DNA of 64,000 nt from Raillietiella orientalis. Its lineage: Eukaryota. Of the stretch, positions 13,459 through 24,790 are shown in pieces (the stretch's first letter is position 1; each line of letters starts with the position of its first letter). Both the position numbers and the translations under genes were made by a program. The stretch lies in assembly GCA_036172245.1 (NCBI GenBank), contig JAYWIR010000057.1:744001-808000 (forward strand), given 5' to 3'. The notes beneath the pieces are model-generated. The model had not been told where the DNA came from and did not search any database. It saw nothing but the letters and a program-made list of their open reading frames with translations.

Positions 13459-14711
13459 ATGCAATCAATTCAGCAACTACCAAAAGTTTTAAAAGTCATA
13501 AGTATGGGTATCCGGTGGGATCAAAGTAAAGTTGGTAGATTTTTCATTTGGAAGTACCGTAATTTCTGCAACAAGTGCTTATCAAAGAACCAAGTGAAGT
13601 TACGCATAATGTTCTTTGGGACTGATGAATTTGCCATGGAAAGCTTAAAAGCACTACACAATGCCACGTATGTATGAGAAGTCATAAAATGGTAATGATG
13701 GAAATTTAGGTGGTTGGTGGAAAAGATACAAGTTGTGTGTATTCAAACATCACATTTGATCTGTGCTGTAAAACGTTACAGCCTGGATCGTAAAATACCT
13801 ATAGAGCATTGGCCTGTTGCTGCTCAGGAAGGATATGATGTGGGTGTTGTTGTCTCTTTTGGCAAGTTACTTCCTGCTCATGTTGTTAATAGTTTTCCTT
13901 TGTAAGTGCATGCATCCAATATATATTCCTAAATCTGTTGTATAGAGGAATGGTAAATGTCCATCCAAGTCTGTTGCCACGTTGGAGAGGAGCTGCTCCC
14001 ATTCCCTACACTATTCTGAATGGAGATGAAAACACTGGTATCACCATTTGCCAAGTTTCTCCTTCCAAGTATGCCAAAAGCACAATGTTTACATCCTTTC
14101 ATTTCTGTAGGTTTGATGCTGGAAGAATCCTTTTGCAGAAGGTGGTGAAAGTACCCAAGGAAGCAACTACTGGTCACTTAAGAGAACTTCTAGCTCCTAT
14201 TGGAGCATCTTTGCTACTTAAGTGTCTGGCCAATTTATCTTTCTACATGGATGAAGCATGGATACAAGATGAAAGTAAAGTAACCAAAGGTATGAGAACA
14301 TGGAAACTAATTCTTGTATCAAGAAATGTAGCCCCTAAAATAGTGAGGTCTACCTGCAAGCTGAACTGGAGTACAATATCGGTTAAGCATTTTTATAATA
14401 TGTTTCGAGCATTGACTCAATATTATCCGATACATTGCATGTGGAATGGTTTTGCTGTACGTTTCCTTGATGTGGTTCCAGAGTCAGAGATGAACCTAAT
14501 TGATCTCACTGCTTTTCAACTTTCGACTTTAAAATCTGGATGCTGCATATATCATAAACGGAGGAAAATTATAGGCATTTATGCCAATGATGGATGGGTT
14601 GGAGTATGTAAACTGTTGACCCTGAATAGCAATCCTCGAGTTCATACAGCTGAAGAATTCTATAACGGATTCATATCCAAGCTGTCTGAGGATGAAAGAA
14701 GATTCTCTTAG
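13459..14711 (+). CDS. MTFMT: Mitochondrial methionyl-tRNA formyltransferase. Exons 13459-13667, 13710-13901, 13946-14068, 14111-14289, 14332-14711
   Basis: Spliced translation gives the Fmt motifs LRIMFFGTDEFA, DVGVVVSFGKLLP, NVHPSLLPRWRGAAPI, TGITI..FDAGRIL and QDESKVTKAPKI. Four GT-AG introns (42, 44, 42, 42 nt) restore the frame. The basic N-terminal extension fits a mitochondrial presequence. The start codon is uncertain. Confidence 0.93.
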
Positions 14712-15049
14712 ATACTGCAAAAGCCCTTTAGAATGCAATGAATTTTTCTGCACTGGAATACAGTATGCATTTCGAGGGCTGACTGATTCAATGTTTATTT
14801 TACATACAAACTAAGGAGTACACTTTGCAGAATAGATTAGTATTCAAAGCACTTGTAAAAATGCAACTCAAAAGCAGTTTGCATTTTTGCTTAAAAAACT
14901 GTAGGGATGTAAAGAAACACTACTATATGAAACTGAAATTAGCAACATAATGTTTACAGGATGTATGCTGTGATGTAGCATAGCAAAAGTAAATCCGTGA
15001 ACACAATTGTAACAAACCAACTGGTCATGTAAAGTGTGTATGAAGCCTT

Positions 15050-16900
15050 GATTGATAATTCAAGTTGTAGGTAATTCTCCAGAGGGCCAAATGGAAAATG
15101 TAGTTGAACCTTAAAATGGTCATTTGGCCAGAACCTATGTGAGTAGCATTAGAAGGAAGTTCACTTATATGGTATTGATCCAATCATAAATTGGAGTTCT
15201 TGGTTGTGTACTCTTTGATAGCACACCTTGGGTAATTAATTAAAACAAATCTTCCAGAACTACCCATACTACAGATTAGCCAACATTCTGGACGATCTTG
15301 AAGTTGGACTATTAAATATAAGAACACCAGGTGACTTTACTTGTTTACTGTATTGCTTGAAGCTTAAGATCAGTCTTAGCTTTGTGTGGAGACCTTTTGA
15401 TGATGCTAAAAGAGATCCAAAACTGAGATAAATGTATCCTAGAAACTTTTATCTAGGATGCATACAGTCTTCAACTGAGACGTGATCATCTAATAGCATC
15501 AGCTAAGTTTGCATGAATCTGGCATTTATTTGTGTTGTGCCATGAGTTATCCAAACCTGTTCTTGGTCTTCAGTCTAGGGATCTCTCCATAAGTATTGTG
15601 AAATTAAATGGAAAAACCACCGAATGGTGGCGGATCATGCAACTGTTGTGCTTTTAATACAGATAAAGATTTTGAAGTCCCATCCTCACACAATAAATAT
15701 TAACTCAATCATTAATTCTGATATATCTTGTCTATGTCAATGCAACTTGTTAAGGTATTACCGAATCCCGGCAAAGACTGATTATATGTTAAAGTAGGTT
15801 CAACTGGGGGCAATTAATATAACCCATAAATAAATTCAAATTTTGGGGTCAAATTTTGCTTCAGCGCAAGACAAATCCTCAAATAGTTTTGCCAGCAACC
15901 GCAAAAAAAATAAGTATTCACACAGCACTACCCTTTTATGACATCTTAATTTGGTTCTTCCTACAAACGGGTATGAAGAAAGATCCAAATGAGTCTGTCA
16001 CTATTATCATTTAGTTCAATTTGCCATTAAATTTATGAAGACATCAAACGGCACAAATATGATACACTAACGGGAGAACATGTAAGGAGCCCTTCTTAAG
16101 TGCGCTTAATTATAGCAACCAAATTATTGTTACTAAACATAAAATAGAATTCTCGTTTCTGCGGCTCATTTATTGCTTGCTGAACATGATTTTATTCATG
16201 CACCAGCAAGCTGGGCGCTTGGGACCGGAAGAGGTAAAGTGCGATGAACTGCCGTTAGAAATAATCAAAGGAAGTATGGAGTGAGCAATATCCGGAAGAT
16301 GCTCCCACTTCTGAACTGCATATTGTGCAACTGGTTTCATTGATCAAGGAAAATGATTGCATGAGAAGCAGCCATTTTCCTTGTTGGCTACTCTTATTGT
16401 TCACAAGATATCAGAGGTATTTAATCGGTCACCATATGTGGATTGAAAAATAAGGGACTTTTGAATCCTGAGCCAAATATTACAAGTCAAATATTACGAA
16501 TGTTTGAAATACATGAGTTTGTTAGGTATTCAGCTTTCATACCATGCTTTAAATAAGCTGGTAAAACGTCATTATATTCGAAAAAATATTTGCAATAGCA
16601 TTGTAAGTAACACTAGTTGAAGCTTTAGATAAAGGAGCACTGTATGCAAAGTTAAAATTTCTACTTTGGCGTTCTGATGCACTTTAAAATCTGTGCATAG
16701 AGAACTTTATTCTATCTATAAATGTAAGGAACAAATGGCTGAAAGTCTTTCAGTCATGGAATTAAATTAATTGCTACTAGATTTCTTTGCACTGACACTG
16801 AAAGCCATCACTGATGGATGCACCAACCAGGAGAATTGGTGGGTACTACCAAAATCATGAGGAAATGTTGATAAATATTCCCCTGGTTCAATATATGGAA
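15050..16900 (-). mobile_element. Decayed AT-rich LINE RT (Jockey/CR1/I-like)
   Basis: Remnants NLFMGYINCP (PxLFxxYIND-like) near 15820 and KFLGYIYLSFGSLL..KGLHTKLR (thumb region) near 15420, in the expected order. Confidence 0.45.
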
Positions 16901-17099
16901 CATTCTTATCTCCATTACTTTTGATGATATCCAAAGATACGTTTACTATGAAACGAACCGAACCATATGCCTCATTAGATTAACACGGTGAGCTTTTACT
17001 GTTTGGACGCAGCGGAGGTGCCTCATACGGAATCCTGCCGCAGGAGACACGGAGGAACCCGTTCCTTCCGGACAAGCGGAAGAAGGTTGTGCTCAGTGA

Positions 17100-17960
17100 T
17101 CCGTAGTTGCTGTACCTACAAGAGCGGTTCGATCCTCGGGTGCTCTAATGACCAACCTGCCCTCCAGAGCTTTCTGTAGTCAGCATCTGCGTCACATCTT
17201 CTCTTCTTGTCGTTCTCCGTACAACTGCTCGCCCTTCGTCCGCCCGTCCCAATTCCGCCGCCCTATTCCTTTGTCTGCTCGTTCTCTGCACTCCCTTGCC
17301 ACGAGCGGACAGTCGAGGGCGCTGCGACTGCGCGCGTTCACCCGACCCACTGCTGCTGGCCATGCTACTGAGAGGCCACCCGTCCGTAGACGAGCTGGCA
17401 GTTACTTAAGTCGAACTCCGCCCGATCGTGATGAACACGGACCTCCAAACTCCTGCTTGCTGGTGGGCAACGTCCAGTTGACCAGGTGCCAACACACATC
17501 TCTGGGTGGACAGCACTGCCCTCAGCGTTGCAGCTGTGGGCGGTGCTGAGCGATTAGCGACGTGATGAGCTGCTGCCACTTGCCCGTTGCTTCAGCTCGG
17601 ATGCCCGCTTGAAGTGCTCCGGGCAGCGGCCGGCGCGTTGGGGTACTCGAAGAGGAGCTGCATGCTCGGCATCTCGTCGTCCGTGCCCCGGGCACCACTC
17701 CAGCACGCGGACAAGGCGCAATCCATCCGATGTCTCCGCTGTCACTCGGATGTTCAGACGATGGATATCGGTGGTGCTGCATCCGCTTACGGCCAGCCAC
17801 GCCCAAGCGCCACGCGCTGCGCAGGATTACAGGATTCAACGCAGGAAAAACTTTTGCCAGAGTGCTAGCAGGCAGGCAGATTTTCCTCATTTGAGGAACA
17901 TAACCATCTGCGTTGAGACGGAAGAACTTCCGACAAGGGACCGTCACAACCGCCGTCACA
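17100..17960 (-). mobile_element. Ty3/Gypsy-like integrase relic
   Basis: Degenerate WQQLITSL..HRPQ (YHPQ-like) and QLVYGR (SPxELVYGR-like) in order. GC-rich island in AT-rich DNA. Confidence 0.45.
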
Positions 17961-19619
17961 ACGGTCCGTTATAGAACCTGAACGTATTTTTTGTCAACTG
18001 ACATGGAATTCGTCACACACGTGTTTTTGATATAATTTCATACGGATCTTTAGTTTCCTCATCTGAGTACGTGAATGAATCCCTGTCAATTCTTCAAGAT
18101 GTCATCTTCTTCAATGTAAAAAAAATGCATTCGGGCATTTCATGATTTTCATTCAAACTCACAGCATACAGTTGCTACGAACGGGGCTCGTGGCAGCGCC
18201 TCACGCACGAAGAAGCGCTTGGCGACGTCTCTGGGATTGTTCCAGGAGATCCGGAAGGCTGTTACAAAACCTCCTTACAGGGACCGGACGGTGGATGACT
18301 TTGTTTAGAAAAATTCGAATCATTTTTTCAAGTAAAAACAGGGCACGAAAGAATGCACAACTTTCTTTAATCTTCTTACAAATGTCGTGATTTCCCAAAC
18401 GAAATCTTAGCGTCCACTACCCACTAGAATCCGAAAATACTACCGCATGAAAATTAGGGTGAGTGGTCTAGCATCTGCTTGCAATCTGGCATGAATGACC
18501 ACCACAATTTTCTCAACCAACTCTCCACATGCGATACACATAGCAACTGAGTCTACGAACACACCAAGACGCTTTTGTAGGGAACAGAAGCCTCATTCTG
18601 TGTTTCTCGCTCTCCTACATTTTGTCATCACTTTCTAACCCTTCCCTCCTTCCAGGTACTTTACCCTTTTTACATGCCCCTAATTTCCAGATTTTCTACT
18701 CGATTGAATGTCACAGGAATGAATTCCCATCCCATTAGCAATCATTCGTGATCTCATCCTCTTGAATTTGACTTCTCATCTCCTTCAGAGTCAGTCCACC
18801 ATCACTCGCCCTCCTCTCATGAACAAAATCTCCATCCCCACCTACCCTAATCTCCTCCTCCTATTCCCCTCCAACGCTCCATCTCGTTTCCACCCTTGGC
18901 TCAACTTCGTCAAAGTCCTTTTTTTTCTTTCCAAACAGCATTTGAATTTTTGGTTCCATCACTGCAAAGGATTTCTAATTCCTCAATTGCTAATTTGTAA
19001 AACCATGGCAACGACGAGAAGCAAAGAATTGGCTCCCTTAGCTTCCCTTGCGAATCTCATCTCGTTGGTGTCACGCCTATCTTATCGAAAGAGTCGTAGT
19101 CGAGGTCTCAAATAGGTTCTTGAGCACGACCAAAGTTAGCTGGAGCCGGCAACGGCTCAGTCGAAATGAGCCAATACGAGGTAGCATCAAACTCATGAGC
19201 AAGCTCCACTCTGATGGTTGCTGCTTGGAGTCCTCCAGCCGGGTTCGAAAGGTGAAAGTTTGTGGTATAAAATGGGCCTTTCCTTGGAGACGTGCTCCTT
19301 GGAGACGGAACAGCTGCTTTTTATAATCCAGACTCCTGGATGCTAAGCCAAGCTAACAAACCACATGGTGCACATACAGCACACAATAGACAGAGCAGGG
19401 CACTTACCACGCGTAAGCCACGTGAACGCTGTTTTCTGTCTCAACAGGAGGTTTCTAGCTCAGCAATTGAACCGAAATAACAGCAAACCTAGAATGAATA
19501 TCATACTATCATAGCATTTTGATTATATGAACATAGTAAGTGCGTGAAATATATTTCCACCTTCCGTGATTTTTCTAATCTGTGTATTCTCTTTGTTATC
19601 GAAAATGTTACAGCAACGT

Positions 19620-20480
19620 GTGTCATGAGTATGGAAATGTTTATGGAAATTGTCGCATATACCGGTGGAAAACACAAATTGGATGGTTAAAATCAGTTAA
19701 TTAGATGATTCGATAACAAGAAGAGATTGTTATCTCGAACCTCAGAGTGTTTCCAAAGAACTGTGGATATGAGGTTGCATTCTCTTTCGAATTTTTGATG
19801 TCCAGTCCTATGGCTTCTATCAGTCCAGTTGGCTCAACCGTGTTGTCGAATCTCACAAGTTCATCCATGGCACACGCAAAACATTCCCGGAAAAGAGTTC
19901 CATTTCGTTTTCCATAAAAGCATACACTCACTCCGTACAAGTGATAAGAGTGCGGAAACACGAAACATCTTCCCATTTTCAGATATTGGACTCACGTCAT
20001 TCATATCGAAATTACAGAACGATATTAGCAGCAGATGTTTTCTGATGTATTCATTTGTTGTCCTATGAATTCTGACGAAAATCAAATTCATAGAATCGGA
20101 AATATACGGATTCTGTTTTCAATTCATTCAAGTTTATTTCTTATTTTTCTTTATACGAAAATTCAGCGTGTAAAATAATATCAGGAAAGAATTAAAGGAA
20201 ATCGTTACGCCACTGCGTGTATTTGTTTATGCAGGTTCTCACTTCACGATGAACATACATTACGGGGAGTTTCAACGAGCATTGATTATCAATGCTCGTT
20301 GAAACGTAGAATACACAGAATAACGTAGAATTTGCATTTTCAGTACAGATCAATGATAGTCCATGATAGGCTCGGATGCATTGAAGTTGTTCCAATGCGC
20401 TCCAATCCGTTCCAAGTTCTAAGGGCTCTTCTAGCTGCTTTTTAGATTTCAGACGCATTGCCTAAATTCCCTGCTTTCTG
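19620..20480 (-). mobile_element. hAT (Buster/Charlie-like) transposase C-terminal relic
   Basis: YIRKHLLLISFCNFD...SYPQFFGNTLRFEITISSCY resembles HL..L...F and YP.L...A..L..F.SSY of the hAT dimerisation region. Confidence 0.35.
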
Positions 20481-21124
20481 GTCGTTCGGCGAATTCCGTG
20501 CAGAGCAAGGCCCACGCCCCGAATCGAAAAGACGTCACCCGGATGATGTGGGTTCCTAGGGTGTGTTTAAGGTTTCCTTGGATACCCTTCATTCACGAAA
20601 AAAACAGACAGACAAAGAATGCAGGCCGCATCTCATAGCGCGTCCATTGAGCCGCTTGTGGAAGGATGCCATCGCGGCAGGCGTTGTTTCTGTGAGGAGG
20701 GGGAGTAGAGGCTGCTCCGTGGATCTGGAGCAATGAGGTAGGTGGATACTGACTTTAACCGATGCGTTTCATGCATCAATTTGCCATTGGAGTTCGGGAT
20801 GGTTGTGACCAAATTCTGGAGAAGGATGCCTCCGGAGGACACTGATGCCTCCGGAGGACACTGCAGCGGAGGAGGAACACGGCTGTATGCTGTCCGGAGG
20901 TAGCAGCAGCCACAGCTCCATCCTTCTGCAAGAACCAGAATATCTGCAGAGGCCTACACAGCCTCTGATGAGGCTCGTAAAGGTAGGCAAGAAGACTGCT
21001 TGCAACACGGAAGGAACAGCTGTTTTTTTCAGAGGAAGAGAGGACACGAGACGTTGAAGCGATTGTTTTCCCCGTCGAACGTCTCCTTTGCAAAGCACGC
21101 CTCTCCCACTTGACATCAGGGAGT

Positions 21125-22980
21125 ACTACCCGGTCACTCCGGGAAGTTTATTGAAAAACTACTAAACAATTGAGGCGCGAGGCCCCACTACGGCCAATTC
21201 ATCTCGGGACCTGCCGTGTCGCCGGTACGTAAACCGACGCGACTCTTCTCGGCAGCGGAGGGGGATGGTGGAGAAAACAAACAGAAAAATAAAAGAAACA
21301 AAAAAAAAGAAACACTTTGGAGGGCCGGGAAGGGATCACAGACCGCTGGAGGTAGCGTCCATCCTTCTCAGGATGCCGTCGAATTTCCTCTGCATACTTC
21401 CCAGATGGGTCCATCCGGCCGCGATTCACTGCTTCCTCTGTTGGCTGCGCTCATGCAGCCACAATCCCTCGAAGGCAGCGGAGCGCTGCCAAGGCTGAGG
21501 CTGGTTGCAGGGCGTCTCGCACGAAGAGGAGGCGTACAACTGGGGGAACTCTGGGGGGGCTGCCGACCGTGATCCGGAGGGTCGTCCCAAAACGTTCCCA
21601 CAAGCGCGGAAGGACAGCGCAGTCCATCCCTTCTCCCCGCACACTGCGCAGTTCTGCCTCACCTTCCCCAACGTCCAGTAGTGGCGGCGCGCGTTGCAGG
21701 GGAGAATCCAGTGCAACAGGAGCAGCGCCGACTCCTGCCACTTGAGGGGGAAGGTGGACGAGTCTGGAAACATCGGGGGCCACTTTAGGTCATCCGACGG
21801 GATGCCCAGCAGCACGCCCAATCTCCGTAGACCTAGCGGAATAGACGCTCGGGGTCGTGGCGTCAGCCAGCTCCCTCATGGTCCGACCGCTTAATATCTT
21901 CTCCCTGCCTGCTATCCGGCAGGAGACTTGCCATCTCGGCGTTCGGCTGCTGCCGAGCGCCCTCCTCAAGAAGGGCATCGCCGTGGTCAGTGGGGTAGTC
22001 TCCGCCCACATGCTCCTGGCGGGACACTCGAGCATCTTCCGCAGCGTGCAGAGGACGTAGATGCCGGATCACAGGCAGTTCAGGGATTCACTTCCACACT
22101 GGTGCAGCTTCGCCCACGTGCTAAACGTTTCTTCCAGCCATGCGCTGGAGTTGGCGGGGCTGCAGGTCATCCAGACGTTCTCCTTGACCAGGGTAGCCAT
22201 GTGTCCGAGGAGAAGGCCGCATCTTATTTTCCGGCCGCGGCACAGAATAAAAGATGAGAGCCCTCTCGTTCTGGATACACGGTTGGCGAGGAGGAACGCA
22301 CAAATGGGTGCTCCAGAAGTCCACTAAGTGGACTAATTTTCAATATCGCTATTGAACCATTTCTGAGAATGTTAGTAGTGGAAAGCCCCAATATTACTCC
22401 TCTTGTAGCTGCGATGGCCAAGTTTCGCCATCGCAGCGAAGTTCGACCCTCCCCAAATCCAAAGGGCAGGTGGTCCATGGAAAACCCCTCGCAGAACTCG
22501 CAGACCGAGTCCTTCATGCGGTCCTAGTCGGCGAGATTCCGGAGGGTAACGCCTCTCAGGAATTGGCGAAGATGTTGTTTCGCACCTGAGAGTCCCGTCC
22601 AGTCCACCGGCAGATGCCACGCCCTGGATGGGGATCCCTTGTCGCGAGGCATTACCTCGAATATCAGCCGAGAGTGGTCGGACAGCGTCGACGGAAGTTT
22701 CCCTCGTTTTCCGACGCAAGTCGTAGTCGAGGAAAACGTGGTCGATGTTGTCCGCCATTCTCGGCAGGTCTGACAACAAGTTGAGCACCCTCATCGCAGC
22801 GCACAACTCTTTGGCCGCGTCCTTTTGCCCACAAGGCACCCCTGACAGCAGGCGGATGTTGAAATCGCTACCGATCAGGTGAGCCTTGAGCACGTTCGTA
22901 TCCGCCAGCCAGTCGCACTTCAGGACCTCGAGGAACCGATAGTCCGCCCCGTGTCTGTTGCCACCGCTGGGGGCGTCACG
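21125..22980 (-). mobile_element. L1/Tx1-like LINE: APE fragment (22410-22980) joined to the 3' end (21125-22315), RT deleted
   Basis: APE motifs LIGSDFN and IDHVFLD. C-terminal LKWQESALLLLHWILPCNARR..CAVCGE. AATAAA and hairpin at 21129-21152. Confidence 0.85.
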
Positions 22981-22984
22981 ACAA

Positions 22985-24238
22985 GGCCGATGGAGTCGGA
23001 CCATCTGAGAGTCAGCTGGCCTACCCGACAGTCCTTGTCGAAACGTACATCCTTGACGGCAGAGTCGACTGCTGGCTTCAAAAAAATGCGGCGCCTCAGA
23101 CGCCGCCACGCCTTGCAACATCGCGAAGGGGAGGTGGAGCGAATTTTTGAGTGTGCCCCCCGAAGAACTTGTGGTCCCTCCCTCCTGCTTGAGCACTTCG
23201 ATGTTCCCTTTAACTTGGAAACAGGACGTCCTCCAGGAACTCCGTTAGGCTCACCTCTCCCCGTACTACACGGTGGATGAGGTGTGCAACAGCCAGGAGA
23301 CGTGGACTCGCCTGGCCGTCACGCCCCTCGCCGACATGCTGTCAGCCCTCAGGGCAAGAGATGACAGCTGCGAACCGGAAAGATAAAATGCCGCCTGCAC
23401 CATCGCAGGAACAACACGACCCATTGGCGGCTTGAGGACTTGCGAGCTGGCAGACGCCGCCACGCCTCGCCACATCCCGAAGGGACTCCTTCGGTGGAGT
23501 GAACACTTGAGTGTGCCCCCCGAAGAACTTGTGGTCCCTCCCTCCTGTTTGAACACTTCTGTGTTCCCCCTTTCGTGGAAGCAGGACGTGATCATGCTGG
23601 TGCATTGGGGTTTTCACTCCAACCAGCGGACGAACCGTGTTTCCGGGGGAGTTGACTCCCCAAACTGGAAGCGGTGCGGGGAAGTGGAAACGCTCCCGCA
23701 CCTGCTCCTGGACTGCGGTGCCCTCCTAGGACTGTGGCGGAGGCTGGCCTCAGCTCTCCTGCACCAGGGGGACACCGCGAGAGACTTGATGCGCCGCTTC
23801 TTCACGCCAGGCGGCCTGTCTTTAGGTGCTGTCGTCGCAACCGTGTGTTGCACCCGGCCATCGATAAGACCCACCGAGAGTTGGAGAAGCTGGTCATCCA
23901 TCGTCAGCCCACCGGATTAGCCAGCGCGAACATGTCGTCGGCTGCCGAGTGGACCCATCTACCGGAGGGCGTGAGGAGAGAGATCGCCGGCATCCATCGC
24001 CGGTTCTGAAAGGAAGGAACGGCCGAACCAAAGACCCCTGTCCCCTGCCCTCTATATCTTTATTTTTATTTTTTATACTAGTGTGTTTGTGGTCCCCTCC
24101 CTCCCGTTCCGGACTTTCGGTATACCGACCTGCGTGTCGGGGATCCCACCCCCTTCGTCTCTTGTGCATCCTTTGTCCGGGAACTCTGTTCCCGGATAGT
24201 TTTGTAATAAACGCCCCGGCGCACCCGGGTGATAAACA
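22985..24238 (+). mobile_element. Two tandem 3' fragments of the LINE family; 23205-24238 is a close copy of 58022-59030
   Basis: Long stretches of near identity to the reverse complement of copy B. The block GAGTGTGCCCCCCGAAGAACTTGTGGTCCCTCCCTCCTG occurs twice (about 23150 and 23510). AATAAA at 24206. Confidence 0.9.
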
Positions 24239-24249
24239 AGCAACCCCTT

Positions 24250-24790
24250 GAGATCCTCTCGATCTTCTCGACGTCTCTTGCAGTAATCACGTGGATCTCC
24301 TGCAGCAGGGCCAGGTCGAACTCACGCAAGGTGTCGGCCGTATCTCGTCTGTTGCCGTCGTCATGCGGAATCGACTGCCGTCGATTCTGAACATCCCGGT
24401 GGGCGATTCAAAGGACATCTTCCGTCGCCCCCTGATGCAGGACGCCCTACCAGCAGCCGCGTGTGTTGCAGTTCTCTGCTGCATACGCGGAATCCTGGAG
24501 TAGTGGACTGCATCGAGGAGAGCTCACAACAGCCGGAACGCCATCCACCGCCATTGCAGTCTCTGAACATTGTGAAAGCTTCCCGATGGCCCCAGTTAAG
24601 AACTTCGAGACCAGCCCTTGTACGCATCCTGGACAGGATGCAGAGGACCATTCGGGGCGAACAGTGATCGCTTCCCAGCCCTCCCCTCCCCTTTAGTTTT
24701 TAACTAAAGGGGAGGGGAGGTTTTTTGTTTTTTCTGTGGTTTTCCCTCCCCCATAGCCTGCAGAGAGGACCTCAGCGGCCTACGTAGCAT
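24250..24790 (+). mobile_element. 3' fragment of a related LINE subfamily
   Basis: DIFRRPLMQDALPAAACVAVLCCIRGILE matches RPLFVRDALQPAAALGDLCCIRGIV of copy A. Confidence 0.7.

Noticed and set aside
13938..14711. Intronless 257-aa (bacterial-type) fmt ORF
   Set aside because: It contains two 42-nt GT-AG insertions that break conserved motifs, and the N-terminus lies in upstream exons.
20825..20862. Tandem 19-mer GATGCCTCCGGAGGACACT x2
   Set aside because: Only two adjacent units with no spacer; a simple local duplication.
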